From: Polyangiales bacterium
GTDB lineage: Bacteria; Myxococcota_A; Polyangia; Polyangiales; Polyangiaceae
DNA: 54,725 nucleotides
Direction: 5' to 3'
Assembly (NCBI GenBank): GCA_038230375.1
Contig: JBBRNJ010000062.1
Coordinates: 1-54,725, forward strand
Part shown: in pieces, positions 26,512-36,800 of the stretch
Position numbering within the stretch: the stretch's first letter is position 1
Layout of the letters: every line of letters starts with the position of its first letter
The notes under the pieces: model-generated
The model's input: only the letters and a program-made list of their open reading frames with translations
The model's database searches: none
What the model was told of the DNA's origin: nothing
Position numbers and translations under genes: made by a program

Positions 26512-27387
26512 ATGGCGCGTCTCTTTGGGCTCATCGGTAATCGTGCGGACCTGGCTCCGCGCGTCCTCGCGTTCGAACGCGAGGCGCTGCGGGTTCGTTC
26601 CCGCAACGCGCCGCTTGGCTGGGGGATCGGCTTCTACCAGAGCGGCGAGGTCCTCATGCGCCGCCGCCCGATCGACGAGCACGAGTCCATCGACGTTGCA
26701 GCGAATGCAGCAGACGTCCGCGGTGACGCGGTGCTCGGTCACGTTCGCACGGCGACCATCGGCACGATGCGCACGGAGAACACCCACCCATTCCGCTACC
26801 GCCAGTGGCTCTTCGCGCAGACCGGCACGCTACCCGTCTCTGGTGACTCCCGTGACGCGCATGAGCGGCTGCTCTTGTCGGTTCCGGAGTTCCTGCGCTC
26901 CGGCATCCGCGGCGATACGGACGCAGAGGTCACCTTCCACATCTTCCTGTCGTTCCTCCACGACCACGCCCAGCTGTCCGACGGCAAGCTGGTGGAGCCG
27001 TCGTACGTTCGCGAGGCGCTTCGGTCCACGCTGGCCCTGGTCGACGGCATGGCCGCGGAGTTCGGCGCAGAGCCGGGCCGGCTGAATATCGCCGTGACCG
27101 ATGGCGAGAACATGGTCCTGTCTCACCGCGGTGAGCGCATGGGCTACCGCATCTTCGCGGGCAAGAACGACGCGGAGATGATCCTCGGTGAGGATCGCGA
27201 CCTGCGTCGGCGCACGCCGGAGCTCTCGCAGATGTACTTCACCCTGGTCGCCAGCGACTTCGACGGTGATGGCCCGTTCGCGCAAGAAAGCGCTGCCGCC
27301 ACCGAGCCGCTCTGGAAGAGCGTTCCGGAGTATGCGATCGTGAGCGTGTCGCGTGGGAAGTTGCCCGAAATCGAACCGCTCTCCTGA
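26512..27387 (+). CDS. class II glutamine amidotransferase-like protein (YafJ/EgtC-like) lacking the N-terminal Cys
   Basis: GWGIGFY, GHVRTAT, ENTHPF and GDTDAE motifs; N-terminus MARLFG. Confidence 0.85.
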   Translation: MARLFGLIGNRADLAPRVLAFEREALRVRSRNAPLGWGIGFYQSGEVLMRRRPIDEHESIDVAANAADVRGDAVLGHVRTATIGTMRTENTHPFRYRQWLFAQTGTLPVSGDSRDAHERLLLSVPEFLRSGIRGDTDAEVTFHIFLSFLHDHAQLSDGKLVEPSYVREALRSTLALVDGMAAEFGAEPGRLNIAVTDGENMVLSHRGERMGYRIFAGKNDAEMILGEDRDLRRRTPELSQMYFTLVASDFDGDGPFAQESAAATEPLWKSVPEYAIVSVSRGKLPEIEPLS

Positions 27388-27400
27388 GCTGCTGCCAGTC

Positions 27401-28048
27401 GTGGTCCTGGCGCGGGCATGCACGCTTGCATGCGTGGTGGTGTGCGTGCTCGGGGCGTGCGGAGCGGACGCGACATCGAAGAGCGCGGTGAGCGCGGGCG
27501 GTGCGCCTTCGCCAGGTCCTTCGTCCTCCGCGCGCAGGCCGGATGGAATCGTGATCGATCTGCCGAGCGCGTTGCCTCGCGCCTCGGATCGCGCGGATGG
27601 TCGTGGCGTGGTGACGCTGCGGGAGCCGCTCTCGCGGGATGCGCTCGTGGCGGTGGTGCGCGCATACACGCAGGGCTTCCTCAAGGAGGACGCTGGAGCA
27701 CTGCAGGCGCTCCTTGCTCCGGACGCGATGTTCCTCTCGCCGGCGCAGACTCCGGGCGTCAGCTCGAACATCATGGAAGTCTGGGGCAGCCGCCTCCGTA
27801 GCTTCGACTACACGAAGCTGGCGGGTGCGGAGATCTTCCGTGCGGACAAGATCGAGGTCCTCACGTTCGAGGACACGAAGGACGTCCGTCCCTCCTCGAT
27901 GCGCCCCGAAGACGTCTTCGTGATCGTCCCGATCCAGACGCCACGGGTTGGCACCGACGCTCTGTTTCCCGAGCGCGTGAGCATGCTGCTCCGAAGAGAC
28001 AGGGGCCGCTATGTGATCGCAGCAGTGGCGGAAGACTTCACGCCGTAG
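27401..28048 (+). CDS. lipoprotein of unknown function
   Basis: GTG start; lipobox LGA-C; 13 nt downstream of the amidotransferase-like gene. Confidence 0.65.
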   Translation: MVLARACTLACVVVCVLGACGADATSKSAVSAGGAPSPGPSSSARRPDGIVIDLPSALPRASDRADGRGVVTLREPLSRDALVAVVRAYTQGFLKEDAGALQALLAPDAMFLSPAQTPGVSSNIMEVWGSRLRSFDYTKLAGAEIFRADKIEVLTFEDTKDVRPSSMRPEDVFVIVPIQTPRVGTDALFPERVSMLLRRDRGRYVIAAVAEDFTP

Positions 28049-28107
28049 TTGAGGTCGAGGTCGGGCTCGAGGTCGAGGTCGAGGTCGAGGTCGGGGTCGA
28101 GGTCGAG
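28048..28107 (+). repeat. hexamer tandem array (GTCGAG)n, 10 units
   Basis: gttgag gtcgag gtcggg ctcgag gtcgag gtcgag gtcgag gtcggg gtcgag gtcgag, filling the gap between two convergent stop codons. Confidence 0.95.
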
Positions 28108-28113
28108 GCGCGT

Positions 28114-29604
28114 CTACACCCGGTACTGCTCGTGGTCGATGCCGTACTTCTTCAGCCAGCGATGCACCTGCATGCGCTCCTTGCCGAGCTCGCGTCCGAC
28201 CGCGGCGATGTTTCCGTGATGGCGCGTGAGGATCTCGCGAAGCTCCTGCTCCGTCGGGGCGCCGCGCTTCTTGTCCTTCGGGACCACGAGCTCGCCGGTG
28301 GCGCTCCGCGTTCCCTGGTCCACGTGCGTCTCGACCAGCTCGCGGATGTCCTCGGGCGCCTCGCGCTGGCCGTAGCTCTTCATGCGCTCGCGGATGGCCT
28401 CGGGCAGGACGGCGGCGTCGAAGCGTCCCTCGGGCGAGAGCGCAGCAGCGCGCTTGATGGCGTTCTCGAGCTCGCGCACGTTGTAGGGCCAGTCGTAGTG
28501 GAACATCGCGAGCCAGAACGAGTACGAGATGCTCGCGCCCGGGGAGCCGAACGCGCGCGCGAAGCCGTTGGTGAGCTGGAAGATGTCCTCCTTGCGCTCG
28601 CGAAGCGGAGGCAGGCGCGTGGTGTGCTCGTTCAGGCGCGCGAGCAGATCGCCGCGGAATTTCCCCTCGTGCGCGTAGCGCGTGAGGTCGCGGTGGGTGG
28701 CGCAGACAACGCGGATGTCCACGTGCTCGGCCACTGTGCCGCCGATGGGGAAGACCTCGCGCGACTGCAGCACACGAAGGAGCTTCGCCTGCGCGTCCAG
28801 TGGCATGTCGCCGATCTCATCCAGGAACAGTGTGCCGCCGTCCGCGAGCTTGACGATGCCCGGCTTGTCCCGATCCGCGCCGGAGAAGGCGCCGCGCCGG
28901 TAGCCGAAGAGCTCGCTCTCGATCAGGTTCTGCGGGATGGCCGCGCAGTTGATCGCGCAGAACTGTCCCCGTCTTCCTGATAGCCGATGCATCGCGCGCG
29001 CGACCACCTCCTTGCCGGTGCCGGTCTCGCCAAGGATGATGCAGGACAGGCCGGTGGGCGCGATGCGCTCGACCTCGAACGCGACGGCGTCGATCTGCGC
29101 ACCACCGACGAGCTCCGGCACATTGTTCGCGCGACGCCCCACGCCGGGCGTGGGAGGGGTGCCAGCGGGGGGGCTGCCGGGCGAGAAGCCGTCGATCGGG
29201 TACCGCAGGTGCATGCCCGCGTCCTTCTCGACGAACTTGAAGATGGCGTCGCCGATGCGAACCTCGCTGCCGTCCTCGAGCGAGACCTCGTGGATGAAGA
29301 CGCCATCGACCATGGTGCCGTTGCGGCTTCCCAGGTCCTTCAGCTTCCAGCCGTCCTCGTCCTGGCGAAACTGCGCGTGCGCGCGGCTGACGGCGTGGTC
29401 GGGCACCTGGATCTGCGCGTCCGCCTCGCGTCCGACGACGATCTCGGCGGTGGTGAACGGATACGCGGAGCGGAGCTGCGAGCGGTCCGGCGCGTAGAGG
29501 AGCACGAGGCCCGGCGCCTTCACGCTGGAGTCCGCCACGCTCGGAGGGAACATGGCAGACGGCGGCGGTCCGTATGCGGACGACGACCCGGTCTTGTGCC
29601 TCAT
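28114..29604 (-). CDS. FHA-domain sigma54-dependent enhancer-binding protein
   Basis: FHA (VGRE, VSRAHA, DLGSRNGT), GETGTGKE, ESELFG..GAFSGA, WPYNVREL and C-terminal HTH. Confidence 0.93.
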   Translation of the reverse strand: MRHKTGSSSAYGPPPSAMFPPSVADSSVKAPGLVLLYAPDRSQLRSAYPFTTAEIVVGREADAQIQVPDHAVSRAHAQFRQDEDGWKLKDLGSRNGTMVDGVFIHEVSLEDGSEVRIGDAIFKFVEKDAGMHLRYPIDGFSPGSPPAGTPPTPGVGRRANNVPELVGGAQIDAVAFEVERIAPTGLSCIILGETGTGKEVVARAMHRLSGRRGQFCAINCAAIPQNLIESELFGYRRGAFSGADRDKPGIVKLADGGTLFLDEIGDMPLDAQAKLLRVLQSREVFPIGGTVAEHVDIRVVCATHRDLTRYAHEGKFRGDLLARLNEHTTRLPPLRERKEDIFQLTNGFARAFGSPGASISYSFWLAMFHYDWPYNVRELENAIKRAAALSPEGRFDAAVLPEAIRERMKSYGQREAPEDIRELVETHVDQGTRSATGELVVPKDKKRGAPTEQELREILTRHHGNIAAVGRELGKERMQVHRWLKKYGIDHEQYRV

Positions 29605-29623
29605 GCGCCCCTCATGCCAGCTG

Positions 29624-30253
29624 TCATCCTAGCTGGTATCGCGCGGGTTTCACGCCCATTCGCGCGCAGACCTGCGCCAGCGCGTCCCTCGCCTTCGTGA
29701 GCAGGTCGTCGGGGCCGCCGTCATTGTCGACGACGATGTCCGCCACCTTCACCTTGTCTGCGAGCGGCGTCTGCGCGACCACGCGTGCGCGCGAGTCTTC
29801 CTCGGATGCGCCGTCACGGAGCGCCGCGCGATGCACCTGGTTCTCCGGGCTCGCGGTCACCACCACGAGCGGGCGAAACGCATCCGCCATGCCGTTCTCC
29901 ACGATGAGCGCGGCCTCGTAGCATGCGAGCGGCTCGCCCGTGGCTGCGAGCTCCGATGCGCGCAGAAGCGAGAGCGCAGTGATGCGCGGGTGCGTGAGCT
30001 GGTTCAGGCGCTTCCGCTTCGCGTCGTCCGCGAAGATGATCGCGGCGAGCGCCTTGCGATCCAGCGTGCCATCGGCGGCGATCACGGTGTCACCGAACTC
30101 CGCGCGGATGTCGGCGAGGGCGGGTGCGCCGGGAAGCACCACCTCGCGCGCGAGAACGTCGGCGTCGATGATGGGGAGCCCGAGCTCACGCCAGATGCGC
30201 GCGACGGAGCTCTTCCCGGACGCGATCCCGCCCGTCAGTCCAAAGAGGTGCAT
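29624..30253 (-). CDS. coaE: dephospho-CoA kinase
   Basis: GLTGGIASGKS, DAD, LDRKAL, THP and DNDG motifs. Confidence 0.93.
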   Translation of the reverse strand: MHLFGLTGGIASGKSSVARIWRELGLPIIDADVLAREVVLPGAPALADIRAEFGDTVIAADGTLDRKALAAIIFADDAKRKRLNQLTHPRITALSLLRASELAATGEPLACYEAALIVENGMADAFRPLVVVTASPENQVHRAALRDGASEEDSRARVVAQTPLADKVKVADIVVDNDGGPDDLLTKARDALAQVCARMGVKPARYQLG

Positions 30254-30272
30254 AGGTGGTATATTCGCAAGC

Positions 30273-30821
30273 GTGCCGGCGAAAGTCTCGCGTCGAAAAT
30301 GGCTCATCGGCGGCACCGTGGGCCTCTCGGCGGCGGTGCTCGGCGTATTGCGCGGCTCGGGCTACGCGGTGCCAGCGGGGCGCGAGCGGACGCTGCGCTC
30401 CTTCTCGGGGTGGCAATACCTGGTCGTTTTGCATGTCGCCCGCAGGATCACGGCGCCTGATGACGTCGGAGCTGCGGCCGGCGCGACGTTGCCGTCGTCG
30501 GACGATCTCGACGTGGCGGGCTTCATCGATCAGCGCCTCGTCGCGATGCGTCCGAAGGTGAGGGGAGATCTTCTCTCGTTCATAGGCATCGTCGAGCACG
30601 TGAGTCCGCTTGCGAAGGGCTACGCGCGCCGCTTCTCGAACCTGTCGCCCGCGGAGCAGGACGATGTGCTCGCGTCGCTTGAATCTTCGGGCTCGGATCT
30701 GATGCGCGCCGGCTTCGAGGGCCTGAAGGCGCTCTGCTTCATGGGCTACTACAAGGACGCGCGGACGTGGGGCGTGCTCGGCTATGAGGGTCCGTGGGTC
30801 GCGGCGAAGGGGGGCTCATGA
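30273..30821 (+). CDS. Tat-signal gluconate-2-dehydrogenase subunit-3-like protein
   Basis: SRRKWL Tat motif; RFSNLS...QDDVL and MGYY...WGVLGYEGP; ATGA overlap with the GMC gene. Confidence 0.75.
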   Translation: MPAKVSRRKWLIGGTVGLSAAVLGVLRGSGYAVPAGRERTLRSFSGWQYLVVLHVARRITAPDDVGAAAGATLPSSDDLDVAGFIDQRLVAMRPKVRGDLLSFIGIVEHVSPLAKGYARRFSNLSPAEQDDVLASLESSGSDLMRAGFEGLKALCFMGYYKDARTWGVLGYEGPWVAAKGGS

Positions 30822-32359
30822 GCGATCCCACGAAGCCAGGCTTCTTCAGCGGCGGCACGCTGTCGGGGTGGGTGGAGCTGTCCGCGGACGCGATCGTCGT
30901 CGGGTCGGGCGCGGGCGGCTCGGTGGCGGCGCGCGAGCTCGCGAAGGCGGGGCTCTCCGTGATCGTCTTCGAGGAGGGCGCGTACAGGACCCCGAAGGAT
31001 TTCGATCAGCGCGAGGAGCGCATGCTCCCGATGCTCTTCCAGGAAGGCGGCGGTCGGTCCACGGAGGACATGGCGATCCGCGTGCTGCAGGGCCGCGGCG
31101 TGGGCGGAAGCACTGTCCACAACACGAACCTCTGCAAGCGTACACCCGACGAGATCCTGAAGCTGTGGGCCAAGAAGTACGGCGTGGTCGGCGCAAGCCC
31201 GCGCGATCTGCTTCCGTCGTTCCAGGCGATCGAGCAGGAGCTCTCCGTCGCGCCCATCCCCGAGAAGATGGTGAACGCCCACAACAACGCGATCCGCCGC
31301 GGCGTCACGGCGCTCGGATGGAAGGGCGCCGTCATGTCGCACAACCGCGTGGGCTGTCTGGGCAGCGGCTTCTGCGAGCTCGGGTGCGCCTTCGATGCCA
31401 AGCAGAACGCGCTCAAGGTGGTGCTGCCCGCCGCCGTGGATGCGGGCGCCACGATCTACGCGGACGTCACCGTGGATCGCGTACTCACGGAGGCGGGACG
31501 TGCCACGGGCGTGCGCGCGCGCGCGCTCGGTGAGAACGGAAACGTCGTGGCCGAGATCACAGCGACCGCGAAGGTCGTGGTGCTGGCCGCAAGCGCGACG
31601 GGCTCCGCGTGGCTCGCGCGGCGGAGCGGCCTCACGGATCCCTACGAGCAGATCGGCCAGGGCCTTCGCATTCATCCGGGCGGCGTGGTGGCGGGCATCT
31701 TCGAGGACGAGATCGCCGCGCACAAGGGCATCCCGCAGTCCTTCGAGTGCACCGAGCACCTGTCGTTCGAGGAGGGCGCGGACAAGCGCACGTGGATCAT
31801 CCCGGCCTTCGCGCATCCGATCGGCGTCGCGTCCATGCTCCCCGGGTTTGGTGCGGCGCACATGCGTGCGATGCGCGACTACCGTCACTACGCGGTGCTG
31901 TCGGCCATGCTGCACGACGAGACGAGCGGGCAGATCATGGTGGGCGAGGACGCGCCCGTGCTCCGGTACCGCATGATCGAGAGCGATCGCGCGGCGCTCG
32001 CCCGCGGCCTGGTCGCGTGCGGGAAGATCCTGTTCGCGGCCGGCGCGAAGAAGGTCGTGTTCCCCGCCATCCCCCCCGTCGTCGTCACGCGCGCGAGCGA
32101 TCTCGATGCGCTCGACACGAGCTTCGTGCGCCCGCACAACGTGCCGCTCTCCGCGGTGCACCCGATGGGCACCATGCGCATGGGCGAGGACAAGAAGACC
32201 AGCGTGGTGAGCTCCACGGGCGAGCACCACTACACGAAGGGGCTCTTCGTGATGGACGGGTCGCTCTTCCCCACGAGCATCGGCGGGCCGCCGCAGATCA
32301 GCATCTACGCCTTTGCGCGCCACCTGGCGCCGCACGCGATCGCCCGCGCAAAGTCCTGA
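30818..32359 (+). CDS. GMC-family FAD oxidoreductase
   Basis: VGSGAGG, GRGVGGSTVHN, C..C..GC, HPMGTMRMG and DGSLFPTS motifs. Confidence 0.92.
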   Translation: MSDPTKPGFFSGGTLSGWVELSADAIVVGSGAGGSVAARELAKAGLSVIVFEEGAYRTPKDFDQREERMLPMLFQEGGGRSTEDMAIRVLQGRGVGGSTVHNTNLCKRTPDEILKLWAKKYGVVGASPRDLLPSFQAIEQELSVAPIPEKMVNAHNNAIRRGVTALGWKGAVMSHNRVGCLGSGFCELGCAFDAKQNALKVVLPAAVDAGATIYADVTVDRVLTEAGRATGVRARALGENGNVVAEITATAKVVVLAASATGSAWLARRSGLTDPYEQIGQGLRIHPGGVVAGIFEDEIAAHKGIPQSFECTEHLSFEEGADKRTWIIPAFAHPIGVASMLPGFGAAHMRAMRDYRHYAVLSAMLHDETSGQIMVGEDAPVLRYRMIESDRAALARGLVACGKILFAAGAKKVVFPAIPPVVVTRASDLDALDTSFVRPHNVPLSAVHPMGTMRMGEDKKTSVVSSTGEHHYTKGLFVMDGSLFPTSIGGPPQISIYAFARHLAPHAIARAKS

Positions 32360-32380
32360 CAACATATTGGCGCGCGTGAC

Positions 32381-32416
32381 AAAAGAAGAGAGGGCACCTT
32401 GCGGCACCCTCTTTTC
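32381..32416 (-). terminator. intrinsic terminator for the minus-strand lipoprotein gene (possibly bidirectional)
   Basis: Minus strand reads GAGGGTGCC-GCAA-GGTGCCCTC followed by TCTTCTTTT. Confidence 0.75.
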
Positions 32417-32457
32417 ACGCTGGAGGCACGCGCCTCCGGACGTCCAGAAGTGTCAGC

Positions 32458-33588
32458 TCACTGATCCGTGGAGCCAGCGTCCATCGTGGTGCCAGCGTCT
32501 GCCGGCGTGGTGCACGGGTCCGGGCTCGGCACGCCAAGGTCGCCGACCTTGGTCGGGTGCTTGACCTCCTTGGCGAGGAAGCCAAGGCCGATCGAGATGC
32601 CGCTGCACTTCGCGCCGGCGAGGTTCGGGCCGTCGGACATGATGTCGCTCGCCTGGCGGATCTCCTGGGCGATCTGCTCGAAGGCGGAGCCCTCGCACAG
32701 CGACTTCTGGATGCGGCCGGCGACCTTGCGGAGCCCCTCGATGAGCTGCTCCGTGTCGATGATGCCCGAGATGGTCCCGATGTCGGCGGTATGCGCGTCC
32801 GAGTGCTTGAACGTGATGATCGCGGACTTGATGTCGAGCTCGAGGCCGATTCCGCCGATCGAGAGGGCGAGCTTGATCACGCTCGCCTGCGTGACGAACT
32901 GACCGGCCGCGACGTACGTGTTCGCGGGGTCGAACTGAACCTTGGAGCCGCCGGCGATCGTCTTGCCGTCGGTGAGGAGCTCGGGACGAACCGGCCAGTC
33001 CGTGTTCAGGTCGAACGCGGGCACCATGGTCTTGTCGGCCGAGTAGGCGCCGCCGGCGAAGATCTGACCGGACAGGCCGATGTTGTTCTGCGCGGTGTCG
33101 TCCGTGAGGCCCTGGATGTCGATCATGATGGTGAACGAGCCATCCGTGAGCGACTTGGAGATGTCTGTCTCCGCCGTCGGCGCCACGCTGGTGATGATCG
33201 GGAGGATCGTCTCGCCGAACGCGTTGTCGGTGCCCTGGGTTCCGTCCGTCTGAGCGGCCTTCTGGGCGCCGTCCGCGAGCGTGCAGACGTCCGTGGACTT
33301 CGCCGTGGTGATCTTGCCGTCCAGGTCGTAGCCATACGACTTCCATGCGCTGTCGCTGGGGGCGCCCTGGCGATCCGTGCCGCCGAGGAAGAGCTTCTGG
33401 AGCGCGAACGTGCGCGCCGTGCCGAGCGTGGCCGCTGCCGCGCCAGCGGGAGGAGCGGGGGGCTTGAGGCCTGCGCCGCCGGTACCAGTCGTGCCGCTGC
33501 TGGAGCTGCTGCAGCCCTGCGCTGCCACCGTCGCCACGAAAAGACCGACGCAGAGCGCCGTCACTGGAAGGAACCGTTGAAGCTTCAT
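32458..33588 (-). CDS. myxobacterial lipoprotein of unknown function
   Basis: Start MKLQRFL with GAGGAG RBS; lipobox AQG-C; GYDLDG motif; very strong codon bias; own terminator. Confidence 0.8.
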   Translation of the reverse strand: MKLQRFLPVTALCVGLFVATVAAQGCSSSSSGTTGTGGAGLKPPAPPAGAAAATLGTARTFALQKLFLGGTDRQGAPSDSAWKSYGYDLDGKITTAKSTDVCTLADGAQKAAQTDGTQGTDNAFGETILPIITSVAPTAETDISKSLTDGSFTIMIDIQGLTDDTAQNNIGLSGQIFAGGAYSADKTMVPAFDLNTDWPVRPELLTDGKTIAGGSKVQFDPANTYVAAGQFVTQASVIKLALSIGGIGLELDIKSAIITFKHSDAHTADIGTISGIIDTEQLIEGLRKVAGRIQKSLCEGSAFEQIAQEIRQASDIMSDGPNLAGAKCSGISIGLGFLAKEVKHPTKVGDLGVPSPDPCTTPADAGTTMDAGSTDQ

Positions 33589-33832
33589 ATGTCTCTCCTC
33601 CTCAAACCCAACAAAGAAATCCGTGCTCACCATGCGCCGTACGAGAGCCACCCACCCGGCGCTGCAAAACGGTCCGCGCACTGTACTTTTTCGCAGGGGA
33701 CGCGCAAGCGCAGTGACGGTCTCTTCGCCGTTTCATTTGGGAGACGCCGTTGGGCTACAGCGGGGAAAATATCGGCAACGCACCGCGTCAAGGCGTTCCG
33801 CGACCTCTTTTTCCGTTCTAGAGTGAGCAGCG

Positions 33833-36800
33833 ATGTCCGCTGAGTTCACTCACCTCCACGTCCACTCGCAGTACTCGATGCTGGACTCGTCGTTGAAGGT
33901 GAAGTCGCTGCCCAAGCAGGTGCTCGCTCGCGGGATGAACGCGGTCGCCGTCACGGACCACGGCAGCATGTACGGCACCATCTCGTTCTACAAGGCTGCC
34001 AAGGAAGCGGGCGTGCAGCCCATCATCGGCGCCGAGCTCGAGATCGCCGCGTCGGGTCATGGCCACCACCTGCCGCTGCTCGCCACCAGCGAGGAGGGCT
34101 ACAAGAACCTCGTGTGGCTCGTGTCGCGCGGGCACGTGAAGCCCGACCCGAACGCGCCCCTGGGCAGCCTCGCGATCCCCCTCTCCGACATCGAGGGTCG
34201 CGCGAAGGGGCTCATCGGCATGACCGGCTGCATGGGCGGGCTCGTCGCGCAGAGCATCCTCGAGCAGGGCGTGGAGGAGGGCGGGCGCACGCTGGGCCGC
34301 CTGAAGGAGATCTTCGAGCCCGGAACGCTGTACGTGGAGCTGCAGGATCACGGCCTGCCCGAGCAGCCGGTGCTCAATGGCATCCTCGTGGATCTTGCGA
34401 AGCGCTTCGAGCTGCCGCTGGTCGCCACGAACGACGCTCACTACGCAGCAAAGGACGACGCGGAGGCGCACACGTACCTCTCCTGCATCAAGTCGGGCCG
34501 CACCTACGACGAGGCGAAGGAGCGCCACCACGGCTCGCACGAGATGTACCTGAAGACGCCCGACGAGATGTCGAAGCTCTTCTCCGCGCACCCCGAGGCC
34601 ATCAAGAACACGATGGCGATCGCGGAGCGCACGAAGGTGAAGCTCCACCTGGGCGAGCCCATGCTCCCCACGTTCCCCGTACCGGCCGGCTACGACGCAG
34701 AGAGCTACTTCCGCAAGGTCGCGCGCGACGGCCTCATGGCGCGCTTCTCCGAGTTCGCTGCCGTGAACAAGACGGTCGACCAGGAGGCGTACAAGGCGCG
34801 CCTGGAATGGGAGCTGGACGTCATCTGCAAGATGAAGTTCCCGGGCTACTTCCTGATCGTCTGGGACTTCATCCGCTACGCAAAAGAGAACGGCGTGCCG
34901 GTGGGCCCCGGCCGCGGCTCCGGCGCGGGCTCGCTGGTCGCGTACGCGATGCGCATCACGGACCTCGATCCCATCCCGTACAACTTGCTCTTCGAGCGCT
35001 TCCTGAATCCAGAGCGCGTCTCCATGCCCGACTTCGACATCGACTTCTGCATGGACAAGCGGGATCGCGTGATCCAGTACGTGCAGGAGAAATACGGTCA
35101 CGAGAGCGTCGGGCAGATCGCGACCTTTGCGGAGCTCAAGGCGAAGAGCGTCATCAAGGACGTGGGTCGCTGCATCGGGATGACGCCGATGGAGTCGCAG
35201 CAGATCGCGTCGCTCATCCCGCAGAAGACGCCCGCGGAGACGTACACCATCGGTGAGAGCCTCGAGCTCGAGCCCAAGCTGAAGGCACGCTTCGAGACGG
35301 ACGAGAAGACGCGCGAGCTGCTCGTGCAGGCACAGAAGCTGGAAGGCCTCACGCGTCATGCCGGCAAGCACGCCGCGGGCATCGTGATCAGCGAAGGTCC
35401 GCTCTGGGATCACGTCCCGGTCTTCAAGGATCCAAAGTCCGGCGCGTACGTCACGCAGTACTACAAGGACGACGTCGAGCAGGCCGGCCTGGTCAAGTTC
35501 GACTTCCTTGGCCTGAAGACCCTGACGGTCCTCGACATCGCGGTGCGCCTGATCAACATGCGCCCGGACATCGCCGGCGGCAACGGCGCAACTGGCGGCG
35601 GCGGCACGGGCAAGAAGTTCGACCTCGACCGGATCCCGATGGACGACAAGCAGACGTTCGCGCTTCTAGGAAGCGGTGAAACGAAGGGCGTCTTCCAGCT
35701 CGAGTCCACGGGCATGCAGCAGCTCTTCAAGGATCTCCGCGCCGACTGCTTCGAGGACATCGTCGCCGCCGTCGCGCTCTACCGCCCCGGCCCCATGGGC
35801 GCCGGCATGCACGAGGACTTCGTCAAGCGGAAGAACGGCCGCCAGGCGATCGCGTCCATGCACCCCATGATCGACGCGCTGCTCGCTCCCACGTACGGCG
35901 TCATCGTCTACCAGGAGCAGGTCATGCAAATCACGCAGGTGCTCGCCGGCTACTCGCTCGGTGGCGCCGACCTCCTGCGTCGCGCCATGGGCAAGAAGAA
36001 GCCCGAGGAGATGGCGAAGCAGAAGACCACCTTCGTCGAGGGGGCGCTGGCAAAGGGCGTCACGCAGGAAGACGCGGACCACATCTTCGGTCTGCTCGAG
36101 TACTTCGCCGGCTACGGCTTCAACAAGAGCCACTCCGCCGCATACGCGCTCATCACGTACCAGACCGCGTACCTGAAGGCGCACTACCCGGTGGAGCTGC
36201 TCTGCGCGATCATGACGTCCGACAAGGACCGCATCGAGAAGGTGGTCCGCACCATCGCCGACGCGCGCGTCATGGGCATCAACGTGCTCCCGCCGGACAT
36301 CAACGAGAGCGATCTGGACTTCAAGGTCGTCTACACGCACCCGCAGGGCGGCCGCAAACGCAAGCGCTCGGAACGCGTGCAGGATACACTTGGTCCGGAG
36401 ATCCGCTTCGGCCTGGGTGCCGTGCGCGGCCTGGGTGAAGCCGCGCTGGAGAGCCTTTTTGAAGCGCGAAGAGAGGGCGGACGCTACGCGGACCTCTTCG
36501 ACTTTGCGTCCCGCGTGGACTCGAAGAAGATCAACCGCAGCGTGCTCGAGGCGCTCGTGCAGTGCGGCGCGTTCGACAAGTCACTCGCGGAGCACAAGGT
36601 CACGCGCGCGCAAGCCTTCGGCTCCATCGACGTCGCGCTCGAGCGGTCACGCAGCGCCAGCCGCGATCGCGAGGTGGGCCAGACGAACCTCTTTGGCTTG
36701 CTCGACGCTGGCAAGAGCGCCGCGGGCAGCACGTCCTCGCGCGGCGACTATCCGCTCACGGAGCCCTGGGATTCGAAGGAGATGCTCGCTCGTGAGCGCG

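Noticed and set aside
3952..28107. Hexamer arrays as CRISPR arrays
   Set aside because: No unique spacers, 6-bp period, and no cas genes in the window.
33589..33832. Possible c-di-GMP riboswitch in the lipoprotein/dnaE divergent gap (GCAAAAC...GGGACGCGCAAGC)
   Set aside because: Only loose resemblance; I could not build the GNRA/receptor two-stem structure. An Infernal search would settle it.
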